A stretch of DNA of 64,000 nucleotides from Gammaproteobacteria bacterium (GCA_965277715.1 OZ255836.1:3680001-3744000), one strand, 5' to 3'; positions 50,952 through 62,010 are shown, counted from the stretch's first letter. The notes: generated by a model not told the origin, from the letters alone. Numbers and translations are program-made.

Positions 50952-52040
50952 TCAGTCGACCAGTGCAGCGGCCGAACCCTCGGCGATGTGGATGCCAATC
51001 CGGTCGCCCACGGCAGGCATTTCTTCGCCTACAACCGTGTTTTGACAGCGCACTTCAAAGGTGTTTTGCGTGTCGATGCGCACGCTTAGCAGGGTGTCAG
51101 TGCCCATGTAGATAACGCTTTCCACATGGCCTGAGGCGCTGGCTTCATTGAGCGGCACCAGGGTGATTTTCTCTGGCCGGATCGCCAGGGTGATGTCTGC
51201 ACCCACGCTGGTGCTGTGTACCTGGTGGAGGGTGAATTGCAGGTCACCGTGGCGGCAGATGATATGGCCTGGCTGGTGGGATTCGACGCGGGCATCCAGC
51301 AGGTTGCTGTCGCCGATAAAGTTGGCCACAAAGCGGTTGACCGGGCGCTCGTAAATCGCCTTGGGGGCGCCGAGCTGTTGTACCTTGCCCTGTGACATGA
51401 CGGCGATGCGGTCACTCATGGCCATCGCCTCTTCCTGATCGTGGGTGACGAAGACGAAGGTAATACCGGTTTCACCCTGGATGCGTTTCAGCTCGCTACG
51501 CATGGCCTGGCGGAGCTTTAAATCGAGTGCGGAAAGCGGCTCATCGAGCAGTAGTACCTGGGGTTTTGGCGCCAGCGCACGGGCCAGGGCGATGCGTTGT
51601 TGTTGGCCACCGGAGAGTTGGTGTGGCTTGCGCCTGCCGTATTCTTCCATCTTGATCAGCGCCAGCATTTCCGCGACGACCCGGTCGATTTCCGCCTGGG
51701 GTTTCTTCAGCATTTTCAGCGAGAAACCGACGTTTTCCGCAATGGTCATATGCGGGAACAGGGAGTAGTGCTGGAATACGGTATTGACCGGGCGTTGATC
51801 GGGTGGCAGGTGGTCGATTTCCTCGCCGTGCAGCACGATACGCCCGTCGCTGACGTCTTCAAAACCGGCGATGCAGCGCAGCAGGGTGGTTTTGCCGCAG
51901 CCGGACGGCCCCAGTAAGGTAAAGAATTCATTGTCGCGAATATCCAGCGAAATGCTTTCCAGGGCGACGAAGCCGTTGTCGTAAACCTTGCGCACGGCGT
52001 CTATGTGCACCGCTACTGATGCCTTGTTGTTATCTGTCAT
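50952..52040 (-). CDS. Polyamine ABC ATPase (PotA-like)
   Basis: GPSGCGKTT, LSGGQQQR and VTHDQEEA. Confidence 0.92.
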   Translation of the reverse strand: MTDNNKASVAVHIDAVRKVYDNGFVALESISLDIRDNEFFTLLGPSGCGKTTLLRCIAGFEDVSDGRIVLHGEEIDHLPPDQRPVNTVFQHYSLFPHMTIAENVGFSLKMLKKPQAEIDRVVAEMLALIKMEEYGRRKPHQLSGGQQQRIALARALAPKPQVLLLDEPLSALDLKLRQAMRSELKRIQGETGITFVFVTHDQEEAMAMSDRIAVMSQGKVQQLGAPKAIYERPVNRFVANFIGDSNLLDARVESHQPGHIICRHGDLQFTLHQVHSTSVGADITLAIRPEKITLVPLNEASASGHVESVIYMGTDTLLSVRIDTQNTFEVRCQNTVVGEEMPAVGDRIGIHIAEGSAAALVD

Positions 52041-52079
52041 TATTGGGTCATTATTGGGTCATTGTTGGGTCATTGTTGG
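52036..52079. repeat. Four copies of an 11-bp tandem repeat overlapping the potA start
   Basis: GTCATTRTTGG x4. Confidence 0.85.
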
Positions 52080-52244
52080 CAATGTGTCTGGCTACAGCTC
52101 TGTAAAGGTTAACGTTAACCGATTGTGGGGGTACAGTGAAGTATTCATAATTAACCGCTGTGTGTCTATTGTTGCGAAAGCCCTCAGTTATTCTGGCTGA
52201 AAGCGCTTGTGGGCAATCGTTTGCAATGCGGTAAATACTGCGAT

Positions 52245-52430
52245 ACGGGTATCACTTTTGTCTTCGTCGCCCACGATCAGGAGGAGGCGCTAACCATGTC
52301 TGACCGGGTGGCGGTGATGAACTACGGCACGATTCTCCAGATACCGCGCTGGCCAAAGTGCGCGCCGGTGGCCACGGCTTTGATATAGCCGTGCCTTCAC
52401 ACAGCCACCTGCCGATCTGGGTATCTGAGG
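52245..52430 (+). pseudogene. Deletion relic of a second polyamine ABC operon (potA fragment joined to potD fragment)
   Basis: [32 protein letters not shown], then in another frame [20 protein letters not shown]. Confidence 0.75.
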
Positions 52431-52565
52431 TGAATGATGCCAACAACCACGCAACGCCCACCCTGCCCAAGCCCCCAAACCAATCCCCCGTGAGTCCTGG
52501 GATCATGCCCCCTGGAACCGCTGGACGTTTCAGATGCGGAATTTAGGATGATTAACTCTACGGCT

Positions 52566-52605
52566 CTGGACCCCATTGACTTGTGTGCAAGTCAATGGGG
52601 TCCAG
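52566..52605. repeat. REP-like perfect hairpin
   Basis: CTGGACCCCATTGACTTG-tgtg-CAAGTCAATGGGGTCCAG. Confidence 0.75.
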
Positions 52606-52724
52606 GTCATTCATCCACGAACGCCTAAGCCCGACAGGCGCCCAGAGGTTGTTTTCCCTGTACACGAAGATGAAAAATCGCGTAACAATAACCTCTGGGC
52701 CAAACCAGCGGGAATTACTGCTGA

Positions 52725-55598
52725 TTAATCAGATTCAATATAACTATCCAACGGCGGACAGGAACAGATCAGGTTTTTATCTCCCCAGGCGTTGTCGACA
52801 CGCCCTACCGGCGGCCAGTATTTGGCAATGTGTTGGTTGTCAGCGTAGGGGTAGGCGGCCATTCGACGGCTATAGGGTCTGTCCCAGTCATCGCTGAGCA
52901 GGTCTTCGGCGGTGTGGGGTGCGTTGCGCAAGGGGTTGTTTTCGGTGTCAAACTCGCCTTGTTCCACTTTGCTGAATTCGGCGTGGATGGACAGCATGGC
53001 TTCGCAGAAACGATCCAGTTCGTTTTGCGATTCGCTTTCTGTCGGTTCGATCATCAGGGTGCCAGGGACGGGAAAAGACATGGTGGGCGCGTGGAAGCCA
53101 TAGTCCATCAAACGCTTGGCGATGTCGTCTACGGTGATGCCGGCACGGTCTTTGAGTGGCCGTGTATCGAGAATACATTCGTGTGCCACCAGGCCGTTTT
53201 CACCTGTGTAGAGAATGCTGTAGTGTTGGCTGAGCCGGTGGGCGATGTAGTTGGCACTGAGTATTGCCACTTGCGTGGCTCGCTTTAAGCCCGCACCACC
53301 CATCATGCGCAGGTACATCCAGGTGATGGGCAGGATGCCCGCGCTACCCCACGGGGCCGCGCTGACGGCACCGCCACTGCGGGCACCATTGAGCAGTTGA
53401 TGCCCCGGCAGGAAGGGGGCGAGGTGTTTGCCGACACCAATTGGCCCGATACCGGGGCCACCCCCCCCGTGGGGGATGCTGAAGGTTTTGTGCAGGTTTA
53501 AATGCGAGACGTCGCCACCAAATTTACCGGGCGCTGTTACCCCCAGCATGGCGTTGAGGTTTGCCCCGTCGATATAGACCTGCCCACCTGTGGCGTGGAC
53601 GCGTTCACAGGCGTCGACGATGCCCGATTCGAATACCCCGTGGGTTGAGGGGTAGGTGATCATTACGGCGGCGATGCGGTCAGGGTATTGGTCAATTTTT
53701 GCCTGTAGATCGTCGAGGTCGATGTTGCCGTGTTCATCGCAGGCGGTGACGATGACGTTCATGCCCGCCATTTGTGCACTGGCCGGGTTGGTGCCGTGCG
53801 CAGAGGCGGGGATAAGACAAATGTCGCGGCCATGTTCACCCCGGCTTTCGTGGTAGCGTTTGATCGCCAGCAGGCCAGCGTACTCACCCTGGCTACCGGC
53901 GTTGGGCTGTAGTGACATGGCGTCGTAACCCGTGCACGCACAGAGCATGGCTTCCAGTTCATCAGCCATTTGCTGGTAGCCACGGCGTTGGTCGGCGGGG
54001 GCAAAAGGGTGCATATCGGCGAATTCCGGCCAACCCACGGGGGCCATTTCTGCGGCGGCATTGAGTTTCATGGTGCATGAGCCCAGCGGGATCATGGCGC
54101 GGTCCAGTGCGATGTCTTTGTCTGCCAGGTTGCGCAGGTAGCGCATCATCTCGGTTTCTGAGTGGTAGGTATTAAATGCCGGCTGGGTGAGGAAGGTATC
54201 GTTGCGGGTGTGGCTTGCAGGCAGGTTGGCGGCGGCGAGGGCTGTGGCGGGTGATAGGTGGCCACCAAATTCAGGCACAATGATGGCGGCAAGGGTGTTG
54301 ATGTCATCAAGTGTGCAGGTTTGATCGAGGGCAATACACACGCAGTGATCGCTATGGCGTTGTAGGTTGTAGCCCGCGCTGGCGGCGGCGCTTATCAGTG
54401 TATCGGTTTTGTCGTGGCTGTCGATGGCCACGGTGTCGAAATAGTGTGTGTGCCGCAGTGTGATGCCGTGCCCACTCAGCAGTTGGGCGAGGGTTGCCGC
54501 CAACTGGTGAGTTTGCCAGGCGATGGCCTGTAGGCCCTGGCGCCCGTGGTAGCAGGCAAATAAGGTCGCCAGTACCGCCAGTAATGCCTGGGCTGTGCAG
54601 ATATTTGATGTCGCTTTTTCCCGGCGGATATGTTGCTCGCGGGTTTGCAGCGCAAGCCGGTAGGCGGGGCGGCCCGCGCTATCCACGGACTCGCCGATGA
54701 GACGGCCTGGCATATTGCGTTTGAATTTGTCCCGGGTGGCAAAAAATGCAGCGTGCGGACCACCAAACCCCAGTGGAACGCCAAAGCGCTGTGAGTTGCC
54801 GACGACGACATCGGCGCCCAGTTTGCCGGGTGGTGTCAGTACGGTGAGTGCGAGAATATCGGCGGCCATAATCACCATTGCGCCATTGGCGTGGGCGCTG
54901 TCAATCAGGGGCTGGAAGTCGGTGACTGCACCATCGCACCCTGGGTATTGCAGCAGCACGGCAAAGGTGTCACCCCATTCTATATCGGTGCCCGTACTGG
55001 CCATTGGGTTCAGGTTTTCTATGTCTATATCAATGGGTGCAGCGCGGGTATTTAAAATATCGCGTGTTTGTGGCAGGCAGTTTGCGTCGACCAGCAAGCG
55101 CCGCCGTTTGCCACGCAGGGCGCGGTGGCACAGGGCCATTGCCTCTGCCGCTGCTGTGCCCTCGTCGAGCATTGAGGCGTTGGCGATGTCCATCCCGGTC
55201 AGTTCGGTGATGAGTGTCTGGAAGTAAAACAGTACTTCCAGGCGGCCTTGCGAGATTTCCGGTTGGTAGGGGGTGTAGGCAGTATACCAGCCAGGGTTTT
55301 CGAGTACGTTGCGTTTGATTACCTGGGGCACGTAGCAGCCGCTATAGCCCTGGCCAATCAGTGGCTTTTTGAGGGTATTCTGTTCGGCGATGGCACGCAG
55401 TGCCGCCAGCGCAGCCTCTTCGGATAAGCCCGCCGGTAAATCGAGCGGTTCTGGCTGGGCAATGTTTTGTGGAACCACCGCATCGCTGAGGGCATCGAGC
55501 GAATCGTAGCCAAGCGTGGCGAGCATGGCATCGATTTGTTGTTGGTTGGGGCCGATATGACGGGCAACAAAAGGGGACAACACAGCTTCAGCGGACAT
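52725..55598 (-). CDS. gcvP: Glycine dehydrogenase (P protein)
   Basis: [36 protein letters not shown] and HLNLHKTF. Confidence 0.98.
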   Translation of the reverse strand: MSAEAVLSPFVARHIGPNQQQIDAMLATLGYDSLDALSDAVVPQNIAQPEPLDLPAGLSEEAALAALRAIAEQNTLKKPLIGQGYSGCYVPQVIKRNVLENPGWYTAYTPYQPEISQGRLEVLFYFQTLITELTGMDIANASMLDEGTAAAEAMALCHRALRGKRRRLLVDANCLPQTRDILNTRAAPIDIDIENLNPMASTGTDIEWGDTFAVLLQYPGCDGAVTDFQPLIDSAHANGAMVIMAADILALTVLTPPGKLGADVVVGNSQRFGVPLGFGGPHAAFFATRDKFKRNMPGRLIGESVDSAGRPAYRLALQTREQHIRREKATSNICTAQALLAVLATLFACYHGRQGLQAIAWQTHQLAATLAQLLSGHGITLRHTHYFDTVAIDSHDKTDTLISAAASAGYNLQRHSDHCVCIALDQTCTLDDINTLAAIIVPEFGGHLSPATALAAANLPASHTRNDTFLTQPAFNTYHSETEMMRYLRNLADKDIALDRAMIPLGSCTMKLNAAAEMAPVGWPEFADMHPFAPADQRRGYQQMADELEAMLCACTGYDAMSLQPNAGSQGEYAGLLAIKRYHESRGEHGRDICLIPASAHGTNPASAQMAGMNVIVTACDEHGNIDLDDLQAKIDQYPDRIAAVMITYPSTHGVFESGIVDACERVHATGGQVYIDGANLNAMLGVTAPGKFGGDVSHLNLHKTFSIPHGGGGPGIGPIGVGKHLAPFLPGHQLLNGARSGGAVSAAPWGSAGILPITWMYLRMMGGAGLKRATQVAILSANYIAHRLSQHYSILYTGENGLVAHECILDTRPLKDRAGITVDDIAKRLMDYGFHAPTMSFPVPGTLMIEPTESESQNELDRFCEAMLSIHAEFSKVEQGEFDTENNPLRNAPHTAEDLLSDDWDRPYSRRMAAYPYADNQHIAKYWPPVGRVDNAWGDKNLICSCPPLDSYIESD

Positions 55599-55796
55599 TC
55601 AGTTCCTCCAGGGGTAACCCATAGTAGTGTTTGGGTTAGTTTTTTTAATGGGCAGTGGTTTGCGGGTATTCTCAAGCACACGCGTTATGCGTCAGTTGGT
55701 GATTGCATCAGATTAAATCCGGCAAGCTAAACCGGGAAAACACTGTTTTCCCGATTTATACCGGTGAGTAAAGGTCTCTCTAATTTTGGTGATGCA

Positions 55797-56186
55797 CTAT
55801 TCTTCTGAGGCGACAAAGTCCTCGTAGGCGTCGGCATCCATCAATGTTTCGACTTGGGTGCCATCGTCTGGTTCCATGCTGTAGATCCAACCGGTATCGT
55901 AGGGGTCTGTGTTGATCAGTTCTGGCTCATCGGTCAGCTCTCCGTTGGCATCGACGATTTTACCCCCCATCGGGGCGTAAATATCTGAGGCGGCTTTGAC
56001 TGATTCGACAACACCCAGTGCCTCACCGGCGGCAAATGTTGCGTCGATTTCGGGGGTTTCGACAAATACCAGATCGCCAAGCTGCTCTTGCGCGTGCTCG
56101 GTAATGCCGATGGTGATGGTGCCGTCGTCGTTGGCGCGCACCCATTCGTGTGATTGTGTGTAACGTAAATCGGATGGATAAGACAT
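55797..56186 (-). CDS. gcvH: Glycine cleavage system H protein
   Basis: SHEW and VESVKAASDIYAP (lipoyl lysine). Confidence 0.97.
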   Translation of the reverse strand: MSYPSDLRYTQSHEWVRANDDGTITIGITEHAQEQLGDLVFVETPEIDATFAAGEALGVVESVKAASDIYAPMGGKIVDANGELTDEPELINTDPYDTGWIYSMEPDDGTQVETLMDADAYEDFVASEE

Positions 56187-56235
56187 TTTCTCTCCCAGTT
56201 ATAGTGGACCCGTTATAAAATTCCGGGCTGTAAGG

Positions 56236-57321
56236 TCAGACGCATGCCCGACCATTTTTGACAAACGGATAATTGACCACGCGTGCCGCTATTGGTTTAC
56301 CGCGAATATCCACTGCGCAGTGGTGTTCGACGGCTGTATCGACCCGCGCCAGGGCAATTGTGGCGCCCAGCGTGGGTGAAAAGGTGCCACTGGTGACCTC
56401 ACCCGCCGGGGCGCCATTAAGCAGTACAGCCTGATGGCTGCGCAATACTCCCCGGCCTTCGAGCATCAAACCTACCAGCTTTTTGTCGATGCCTTGATCG
56501 AGCTGCGCCTGTAGTGCTGCCCGGCCAGTGAACAGGCGCGTTGCTGGTTGCATGGCGACTGTCCAGCTTAGCCCTGAGATCAGTGGTGAGGTTTGCTCGT
56601 CCAGGTCGTTGCCGTACAGTGCCATTCCGGCCTCCAGACGCAGGGTGTCACGGGCGCCGAGGCCAATAGGGGCCACTCCGAGCGCAGCGAGTTTTTGCCA
56701 TATGTCGACTACTTCGGTTTCTGGTATCACCAGTTCATAGCCGTCTTCACCTGTGTAACCTGTGCGTGCGACAAACCAATTGCCCTGTGCTGCGGCTGAG
56801 AACCGGGTGAGTTGCTGTACTGGGTCAAGTAGCGCTTGCGGGATGAGCTTTTGTGTCAGTGCGCAGGCTTGAGGCCCTTGCACAGCAATCATGGCAACGC
56901 CGGTTTTCTGCTGGGCGTTGACGTCAAATGTGGCGGATTGTTGCGCGATCCAGGCGAGGTCTTTGGCGCGGGTGGCGGCGTTGACGATGAGGCGGTACTG
57001 GTTGTCGGCCATAAAATAGACGATCAGGTCATCGATAACACCACCGGTTTCATTGAGCATGCAGCTATACAGCGCCTTGCCAGGCACAGTGAGTTTGCCA
57101 ATGTCATTGGCCAGCAGTTGGCGAAGGAAGTCGGCGGCCTGGGGGCCGTGTATATCGACCACGGTCATATGTGACACATCGAACATGCCGGCATGGCGGC
57201 GTACAGCATGGTGTTCTTCTATTTGGGAGCCGTAGTGAACGGGCATATCCCAGCCTGAAAAGTCCACCATCTTTGCCCCCATTTCCCGGTGGGCCTGGTT
57301 GAGTGGTGTTTGTTGGGTCAT
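56236..57321 (-). CDS. gcvT: Aminomethyltransferase (T protein)
   Basis: GMFDVSHM, RTGYTGEDGYE and GLGARDTLRLEAG. Confidence 0.97.
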   Translation of the reverse strand: MTQQTPLNQAHREMGAKMVDFSGWDMPVHYGSQIEEHHAVRRHAGMFDVSHMTVVDIHGPQAADFLRQLLANDIGKLTVPGKALYSCMLNETGGVIDDLIVYFMADNQYRLIVNAATRAKDLAWIAQQSATFDVNAQQKTGVAMIAVQGPQACALTQKLIPQALLDPVQQLTRFSAAAQGNWFVARTGYTGEDGYELVIPETEVVDIWQKLAALGVAPIGLGARDTLRLEAGMALYGNDLDEQTSPLISGLSWTVAMQPATRLFTGRAALQAQLDQGIDKKLVGLMLEGRGVLRSHQAVLLNGAPAGEVTSGTFSPTLGATIALARVDTAVEHHCAVDIRGKPIAARVVNYPFVKNGRACV

Positions 57322-57371
57322 TGGTTTATCAGCTCCGCAATACAAAAGTTAGCCACCAACGAAAGCTGGCG

Positions 57372-57568
57372 GCGCCCCTCTGTCCGGTTACCTGAGAGAT
57401 TGAGACAGGTAGCCTGTCTTTTCCCCGTTGGCGGACACTGTCGTGCCACTCTCCAGAGCCGACGATACTGTTGATGGTCCATTTGCCTGAGCGTTTCCGG
57501 GCGGGTTGCGCCTTCGGCGTTCTGATGTGCGCAATAAGCGTTTTTCAGAAACTCTCCCATCAAGTATC
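57372..57568 (-). ncRNA. Tandem glycine riboswitch
   Basis: Two aptamers on the minus strand upstream of gcvT: GGGAGAG...GCCGAAGGCGCAA...CTCAGG and CTCTGGAGAG...CTCTCAGGT..GGACAGAGGGG. Confidence 0.93.
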
Positions 57569-57644
57569 AATGTCGAGGCGTATAATATAATCTAGTCTTC
57601 GATAAATACCAAGCTTGACCGCCTGGTACAGGCATAGAAATATT

Positions 57645-58976
57645 ATGATAAAACGAATACTTGCCACTTTAAATCTCATGGTGCTGGGTCTCGCCATTGC
57701 ATTACAGCCTGCGCAGGCGTCAGGTTTACAATTTACCCTGCACAAACTGCAGTCGGGAAAGCCGGGGCCGACGCTATTGGTTATTGGTGGAATACAGGGT
57801 GATGAGCCGGGTGGGTTTACGGCGGCTTCTCTGTTGGTCACCGACTACCGCGCACAGTCCGGTGAAGTATGGGTTGTGCCCAATTTGAATTTTGAGAGCA
57901 TTATTAAACGCTCACGGGGCGTGCATGGCGATATGAATAGGAAGTTCTCTTCCATTTCAGCCAAAGACCCGGAATACCAGACGATAGAAAAAATCAAATC
58001 GATTATTACTCACCCGCAGGTGGATTTGATATTGAATCTTCACGATGGTAGTGGTTTTTATAATCCCCGCTATATTGATAAACAGGAAAACGCCAGGCGG
58101 TGGGGTCAGTGCATTGTTATTGACCAGGAATCGATAAAGGCAGAAAAACACGGTGATATGGCGCAGCTCGCCCGGCGTGCAATGGCTAAGGTCAACCGAC
58201 ACACTAACGATTCAAAGATGCAGTTTGCTTTGAAAAATACCCACACCAGTGATGGCAATAAAGAAATGGAAAAGACGTTAACGTATTTTGCTATCAAAAA
58301 TGGTAAACCGGCGATGGGTGTCGAGGCGAGCAAAAAATATCCAACACATCAACGTACACTGCAACATCTGCTCATTGTCGAGTCGATAATGGATGAGATC
58401 GGTATTGCGTATTCGAGAAATTTTCAGTTGAGCGGTAAGACGATTAAAGCCAAGTTGGGTAAGGATATACAGTTGGCGTTATATGATAAGAAAGTGTTAT
58501 TTGATTTGGGTGTGCCGCGTAAAAAAATCCGTTTTGTGCCGATGAAAAAGCGTTCGCCGGTTGAGTTTACCGCTAACAATCCTCTGGTGGCTTTGGTGGG
58601 GGGAGGCTCGCGTTATAAAGTTCGGTACGGTAATCGCAGTGTGACTACGCTGGACCCAGAGTATTTTGATTATGACGATTCGCTGCAAAAGGTGACGTTT
58701 ACTATCGATGGGGAGCAGCGGAGGGTGCCGCTTGGTACGGTGGTTGATGTGCATGAGAGTTTTTCCGTGGCGCCATTGCCCGGTCGGCGGGTGAATGTTA
58801 TCGGGTATAAACACGCCACTCTGCGTAATGAGGTGGGGGTTACTATCCGCCAACATCAAATTAGTGCGCGGTTTTCGGTTGATAAGCAGGCCAGTCGTTA
58901 TCGGGTTGAGTTTTATAAGGGTAAGCGGTATAGCGGTATGGTGTTGGTTAATTTTCCGAGTAAGCAGAATGTTTGA
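57645..58976 (+). CDS. M14/M99 family metallo-carboxypeptidase (Csd4/Pgp1-like)
   Basis: GGIQGDEPGG, VPNLN, GDMNRKF, NLHDGSGFY, WGQ..VIDQ and EASK. Confidence 0.8.
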   Translation: MIKRILATLNLMVLGLAIALQPAQASGLQFTLHKLQSGKPGPTLLVIGGIQGDEPGGFTAASLLVTDYRAQSGEVWVVPNLNFESIIKRSRGVHGDMNRKFSSISAKDPEYQTIEKIKSIITHPQVDLILNLHDGSGFYNPRYIDKQENARRWGQCIVIDQESIKAEKHGDMAQLARRAMAKVNRHTNDSKMQFALKNTHTSDGNKEMEKTLTYFAIKNGKPAMGVEASKKYPTHQRTLQHLLIVESIMDEIGIAYSRNFQLSGKTIKAKLGKDIQLALYDKKVLFDLGVPRKKIRFVPMKKRSPVEFTANNPLVALVGGGSRYKVRYGNRSVTTLDPEYFDYDDSLQKVTFTIDGEQRRVPLGTVVDVHESFSVAPLPGRRVNVIGYKHATLRNEVGVTIRQHQISARFSVDKQASRYRVEFYKGKRYSGMVLVNFPSKQNV

Positions 58977-59072
58977 TACGGTAGTACGCCAACTGTTTCT
59001 GTGGAATGCAGATTGACGCTAATTGCTGATGCACGTGGTTATATCTCTGATGGATTGCTTAAGGGGAGGGGG

Positions 59073-60689
59073 TTACAATTTTTCCACATACGGTGTCATT
59101 GCACGCCAGTTAAACAGGGGTGATGCCGCACGAATGACGGTGCTTTGCCGGGTGAATTTTTCGGCCAGGGCTCGCGGGGCAGTGTCGGGGCCACCGAATG
59201 CCGCAAACATTTCGTATTCAGAACCAGCGCTTTTTTCACCGCCAATAAATACGGAACCAGATGCCTCGCAGAGGGTGTGTAGTGTGCGTAAGAATTGGTC
59301 GCGCTGTTTGTGAATGTACTCGACAGTGCGCACGTAAAGTGCCTCATCGTCACAGGCAAATGTGATGCGGTTGTGGGGGTCGACCCCAACGGGGTTGAGG
59401 TGGCCGTATACTAAAATTTCACCGTGTAAACCGGCTGTTTCGGCAAAGAAGGCCTGTACTGAGTCGACATAGTGTTGGTTGGCTTTCCATAACGCTCTCA
59501 TTGTGTTTTCGACACATTCAGGGTTTAAGCGAATGTTGGCATCGGTATGCCCTTTGTATACGTGCGCGCCCTGGGGCGCCTGGGTGCGCGCCGCAAATGG
59601 AACGCCCTCGCGCACGGCGCGCATTTGCCCGGGGTCGTTAAAAATTTCAGTGTGTTCGAGGTTGATGCCCGCGATGGTGTATTCCTCTGTGTCAGTATCG
59701 TCGACTAGGTTGAGTAAAAAGGCATCAGCGGGCAGGTCACTGTAGCCGTTGACGAAGATCAATCCGTCGGCCCCCGCCGCTTCGCAGTTGTGCAGTAGTT
59801 GTACAGCGTGCCGGGTCAATGCGTTGTCACCACTGCGCAGAAACGGCTGCATTGAAGCGATGGTGATGTGTTCCAATCCGAGGATTAGATCCCTGCCACC
59901 TGTGTGAGACAGCACGTCGCCATCTTGGCATTGCAGGTAGGCATAAGGCGAGAAGTGCTGTAACAGGCGCGCCAGGCTGGCGGGAGCGTTGTTTACCGGG
60001 ATGGCAAAGGCAATTTCGACGGCGGGTAGCGCTATATATTCACACTTAACTGCCGACACTAACCCTGTCCAGCCGTAAGTGCCCGCGTAAGCGTCGAGTG
60101 ATGCACCTTGGATGCGGGTCGTTTTTTCGCCGTCGTGTAGCGCGATTTCACGCACACTATCACTGAAATAACGCCTTTGCGGACCCATACCGCCTGTCAT
60201 AAAGGTCGCGCCGACTTGCGCGTAGGTGTAACTGGTCAGGTCTGCGCCCAGTACTTTGAACTGTGCGCCGAGTGCGTTGGCGAGTGCCTGGTTAAGTTGG
60301 TCCAGTGTAATGGCGCTACCGGCGTAGATGTGTTTTTGCTGTTCATCGATAACAATTTCATCCAATGACAAGCAGGTAATATCGGGGGCGCTGGCATGTC
60401 GGATGCGCGGCTTGGGAGTGGCGCTGAGGTGTACGCCGACGATAGGGCTGTTTGCAGGGGCGTCTACCTGGAATACGCCCGCACCACCGGATGTTCCCGA
60501 TAAAGGTAACAGGCGGGTATTGGGGCCGTGGAGGTGTTTTATGCCGGCAATTGTGTCGGCCAGTGCATCGCCCTTTAATGCATAGGCGCAATCGAGTGTG
60601 ATGGGGTTGTTTTCGCCGTCGACGATGTGCGTGTTCAGGGGGTGTAGTTTTGCGGGCAAGGTGACTGTTCTCTCAGGGTCTGTTTGCAC
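59073..60689 (-). CDS. FAD-binding oxidoreductase (VAO/PCMH-like)
   Basis: AQVGATFMTGG, GTYGWTGLV, YGH and C-terminal GGEK. Confidence 0.6.
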   Translation of the reverse strand: MQTDPERTVTLPAKLHPLNTHIVDGENNPITLDCAYALKGDALADTIAGIKHLHGPNTRLLPLSGTSGGAGVFQVDAPANSPIVGVHLSATPKPRIRHASAPDITCLSLDEIVIDEQQKHIYAGSAITLDQLNQALANALGAQFKVLGADLTSYTYAQVGATFMTGGMGPQRRYFSDSVREIALHDGEKTTRIQGASLDAYAGTYGWTGLVSAVKCEYIALPAVEIAFAIPVNNAPASLARLLQHFSPYAYLQCQDGDVLSHTGGRDLILGLEHITIASMQPFLRSGDNALTRHAVQLLHNCEAAGADGLIFVNGYSDLPADAFLLNLVDDTDTEEYTIAGINLEHTEIFNDPGQMRAVREGVPFAARTQAPQGAHVYKGHTDANIRLNPECVENTMRALWKANQHYVDSVQAFFAETAGLHGEILVYGHLNPVGVDPHNRITFACDDEALYVRTVEYIHKQRDQFLRTLHTLCEASGSVFIGGEKSAGSEYEMFAAFGGPDTAPRALAEKFTRQSTVIRAASPLFNWRAMTPYVEKL

Positions 60690-60738
60690 TAATGTTGATG
60701 GGTAAAAATAGTAAAGGTGTATTACTCTTCGCTTCGGC

Positions 60739-61062
60739 TTAACTGACTTCCACCAGGCTGGATATCCCTGTTTTTTGATGCGCCAGTATATGGCAGTGGA
60801 ACATCCACTTTCCAGGGGTATCGGTGACCAGCCCTATCTCAATCACTTCTTCAGGTGAGGTGATAACGGTATCCTTATATTCACCGTAGGGGCTGGGCTT
60901 GCCATTGCGGCTGAGTACGTGAAAGTAGTGGCTGTGAAGGTGCATGGGGTGTCGAAACCGGCTGCGGTTGTGTAGGTGTAGAATATAAGATTGGTTTCTC
61001 TTCAACCGCAAAATGGGCGGCATTGCATGTGTATCACTCACCACGTCATTGATCGCCCACAT
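60739..61062 (-). pseudogene. Multicopper oxidase C-terminal fragment
   Basis: HPMHLHSH and PGKWMFHCHILAH copper motifs; N-terminal domains absent. Confidence 0.75.
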
Positions 61063-61155
61063 TTTCCCTTGCTGAATAAGGTTGCGAATAGTGGTTTGCT
61101 AATATCGGTTGATTGGGGGTGGACGATGTATGCTGAATAGATTACTTAGGTCGAA

Positions 61156-62010
61156 ATGAACAGAGATAACCCGGTAGATCCGGTATTAGAGAAAGGCTAT
61201 AACGTGCGGTTGTTGCGCGACGATTTCCCCCAGATCGCCGAAGGCTGGGCAGCGCGTAGTGCGGCATTGCGGGCGCATGTCGATGCGCAGTTGGATTGTG
61301 TGTACGGCGCAGGCCCGTGTGACAAGCTCGATGTGTTTCGCTGTGGCGAAGTCGATGCACCGTTGTTTGTTTTTATTCATGGAGGATATTGGCAGCGTGG
61401 GGATAAGTCGATGTATAGCTTTATTGCCGAAGCATTTATCGATAGCGGCGTCGATGTGGCATTAATTGGTTATCCATTGTGTCCGGATATCAGTATGAGC
61501 TCGCTGGTAGAGAGGATACGTACAGCGATTAGCTGGTTGTATCGCAATGCGGTGCGGCTGGGCGTGTCTGCGCAGCGTATCAATGTGTCCGGCCATTCGG
61601 CAGGTGGGCATTTGACCGCCATGATGCTCGTCACTCAGTGGCGTGGTATTGCACAAGATTTACCGGGTGATTTGGTTAAATCGGGCATACCGATTAGTGG
61701 TTTATACCGGCTGGCACCGCTGTGCCAAACGACAATTAATGATGCGTTGGGGATGGATACCAGCGAGGCGCAGGCGATTAGTCCGCAGTTTTTACTCCCT
61801 GGGGGAAATGCGCCAGTACTGGCGGTGTTGGGGGGTGCCGAGACGTTGCAGTTTCACCAGCAGACGGATCAATTTGTCGATCAGTGGCGGGATTATATAA
61901 TGCCGTTGGAAAAATATATTGAGCCGGGGGTCGATCACTTCGATGTGATTAATCGTCTGTCTTGTGTCGATAGTGATGTTTTTACAAAAGTACGTGAGTG
62001 GTTGTGTTAA
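61156..62010 (+). CDS. Alpha/beta hydrolase (arylformamidase-like)
   Basis: FIHGGYWQ, GHSAGGHL and DHF. Confidence 0.85.
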   Translation: MNRDNPVDPVLEKGYNVRLLRDDFPQIAEGWAARSAALRAHVDAQLDCVYGAGPCDKLDVFRCGEVDAPLFVFIHGGYWQRGDKSMYSFIAEAFIDSGVDVALIGYPLCPDISMSSLVERIRTAISWLYRNAVRLGVSAQRINVSGHSAGGHLTAMMLVTQWRGIAQDLPGDLVKSGIPISGLYRLAPLCQTTINDALGMDTSEAQAISPQFLLPGGNAPVLAVLGGAETLQFHQQTDQFVDQWRDYIMPLEKYIEPGVDHFDVINRLSCVDSDVFTKVREWLC

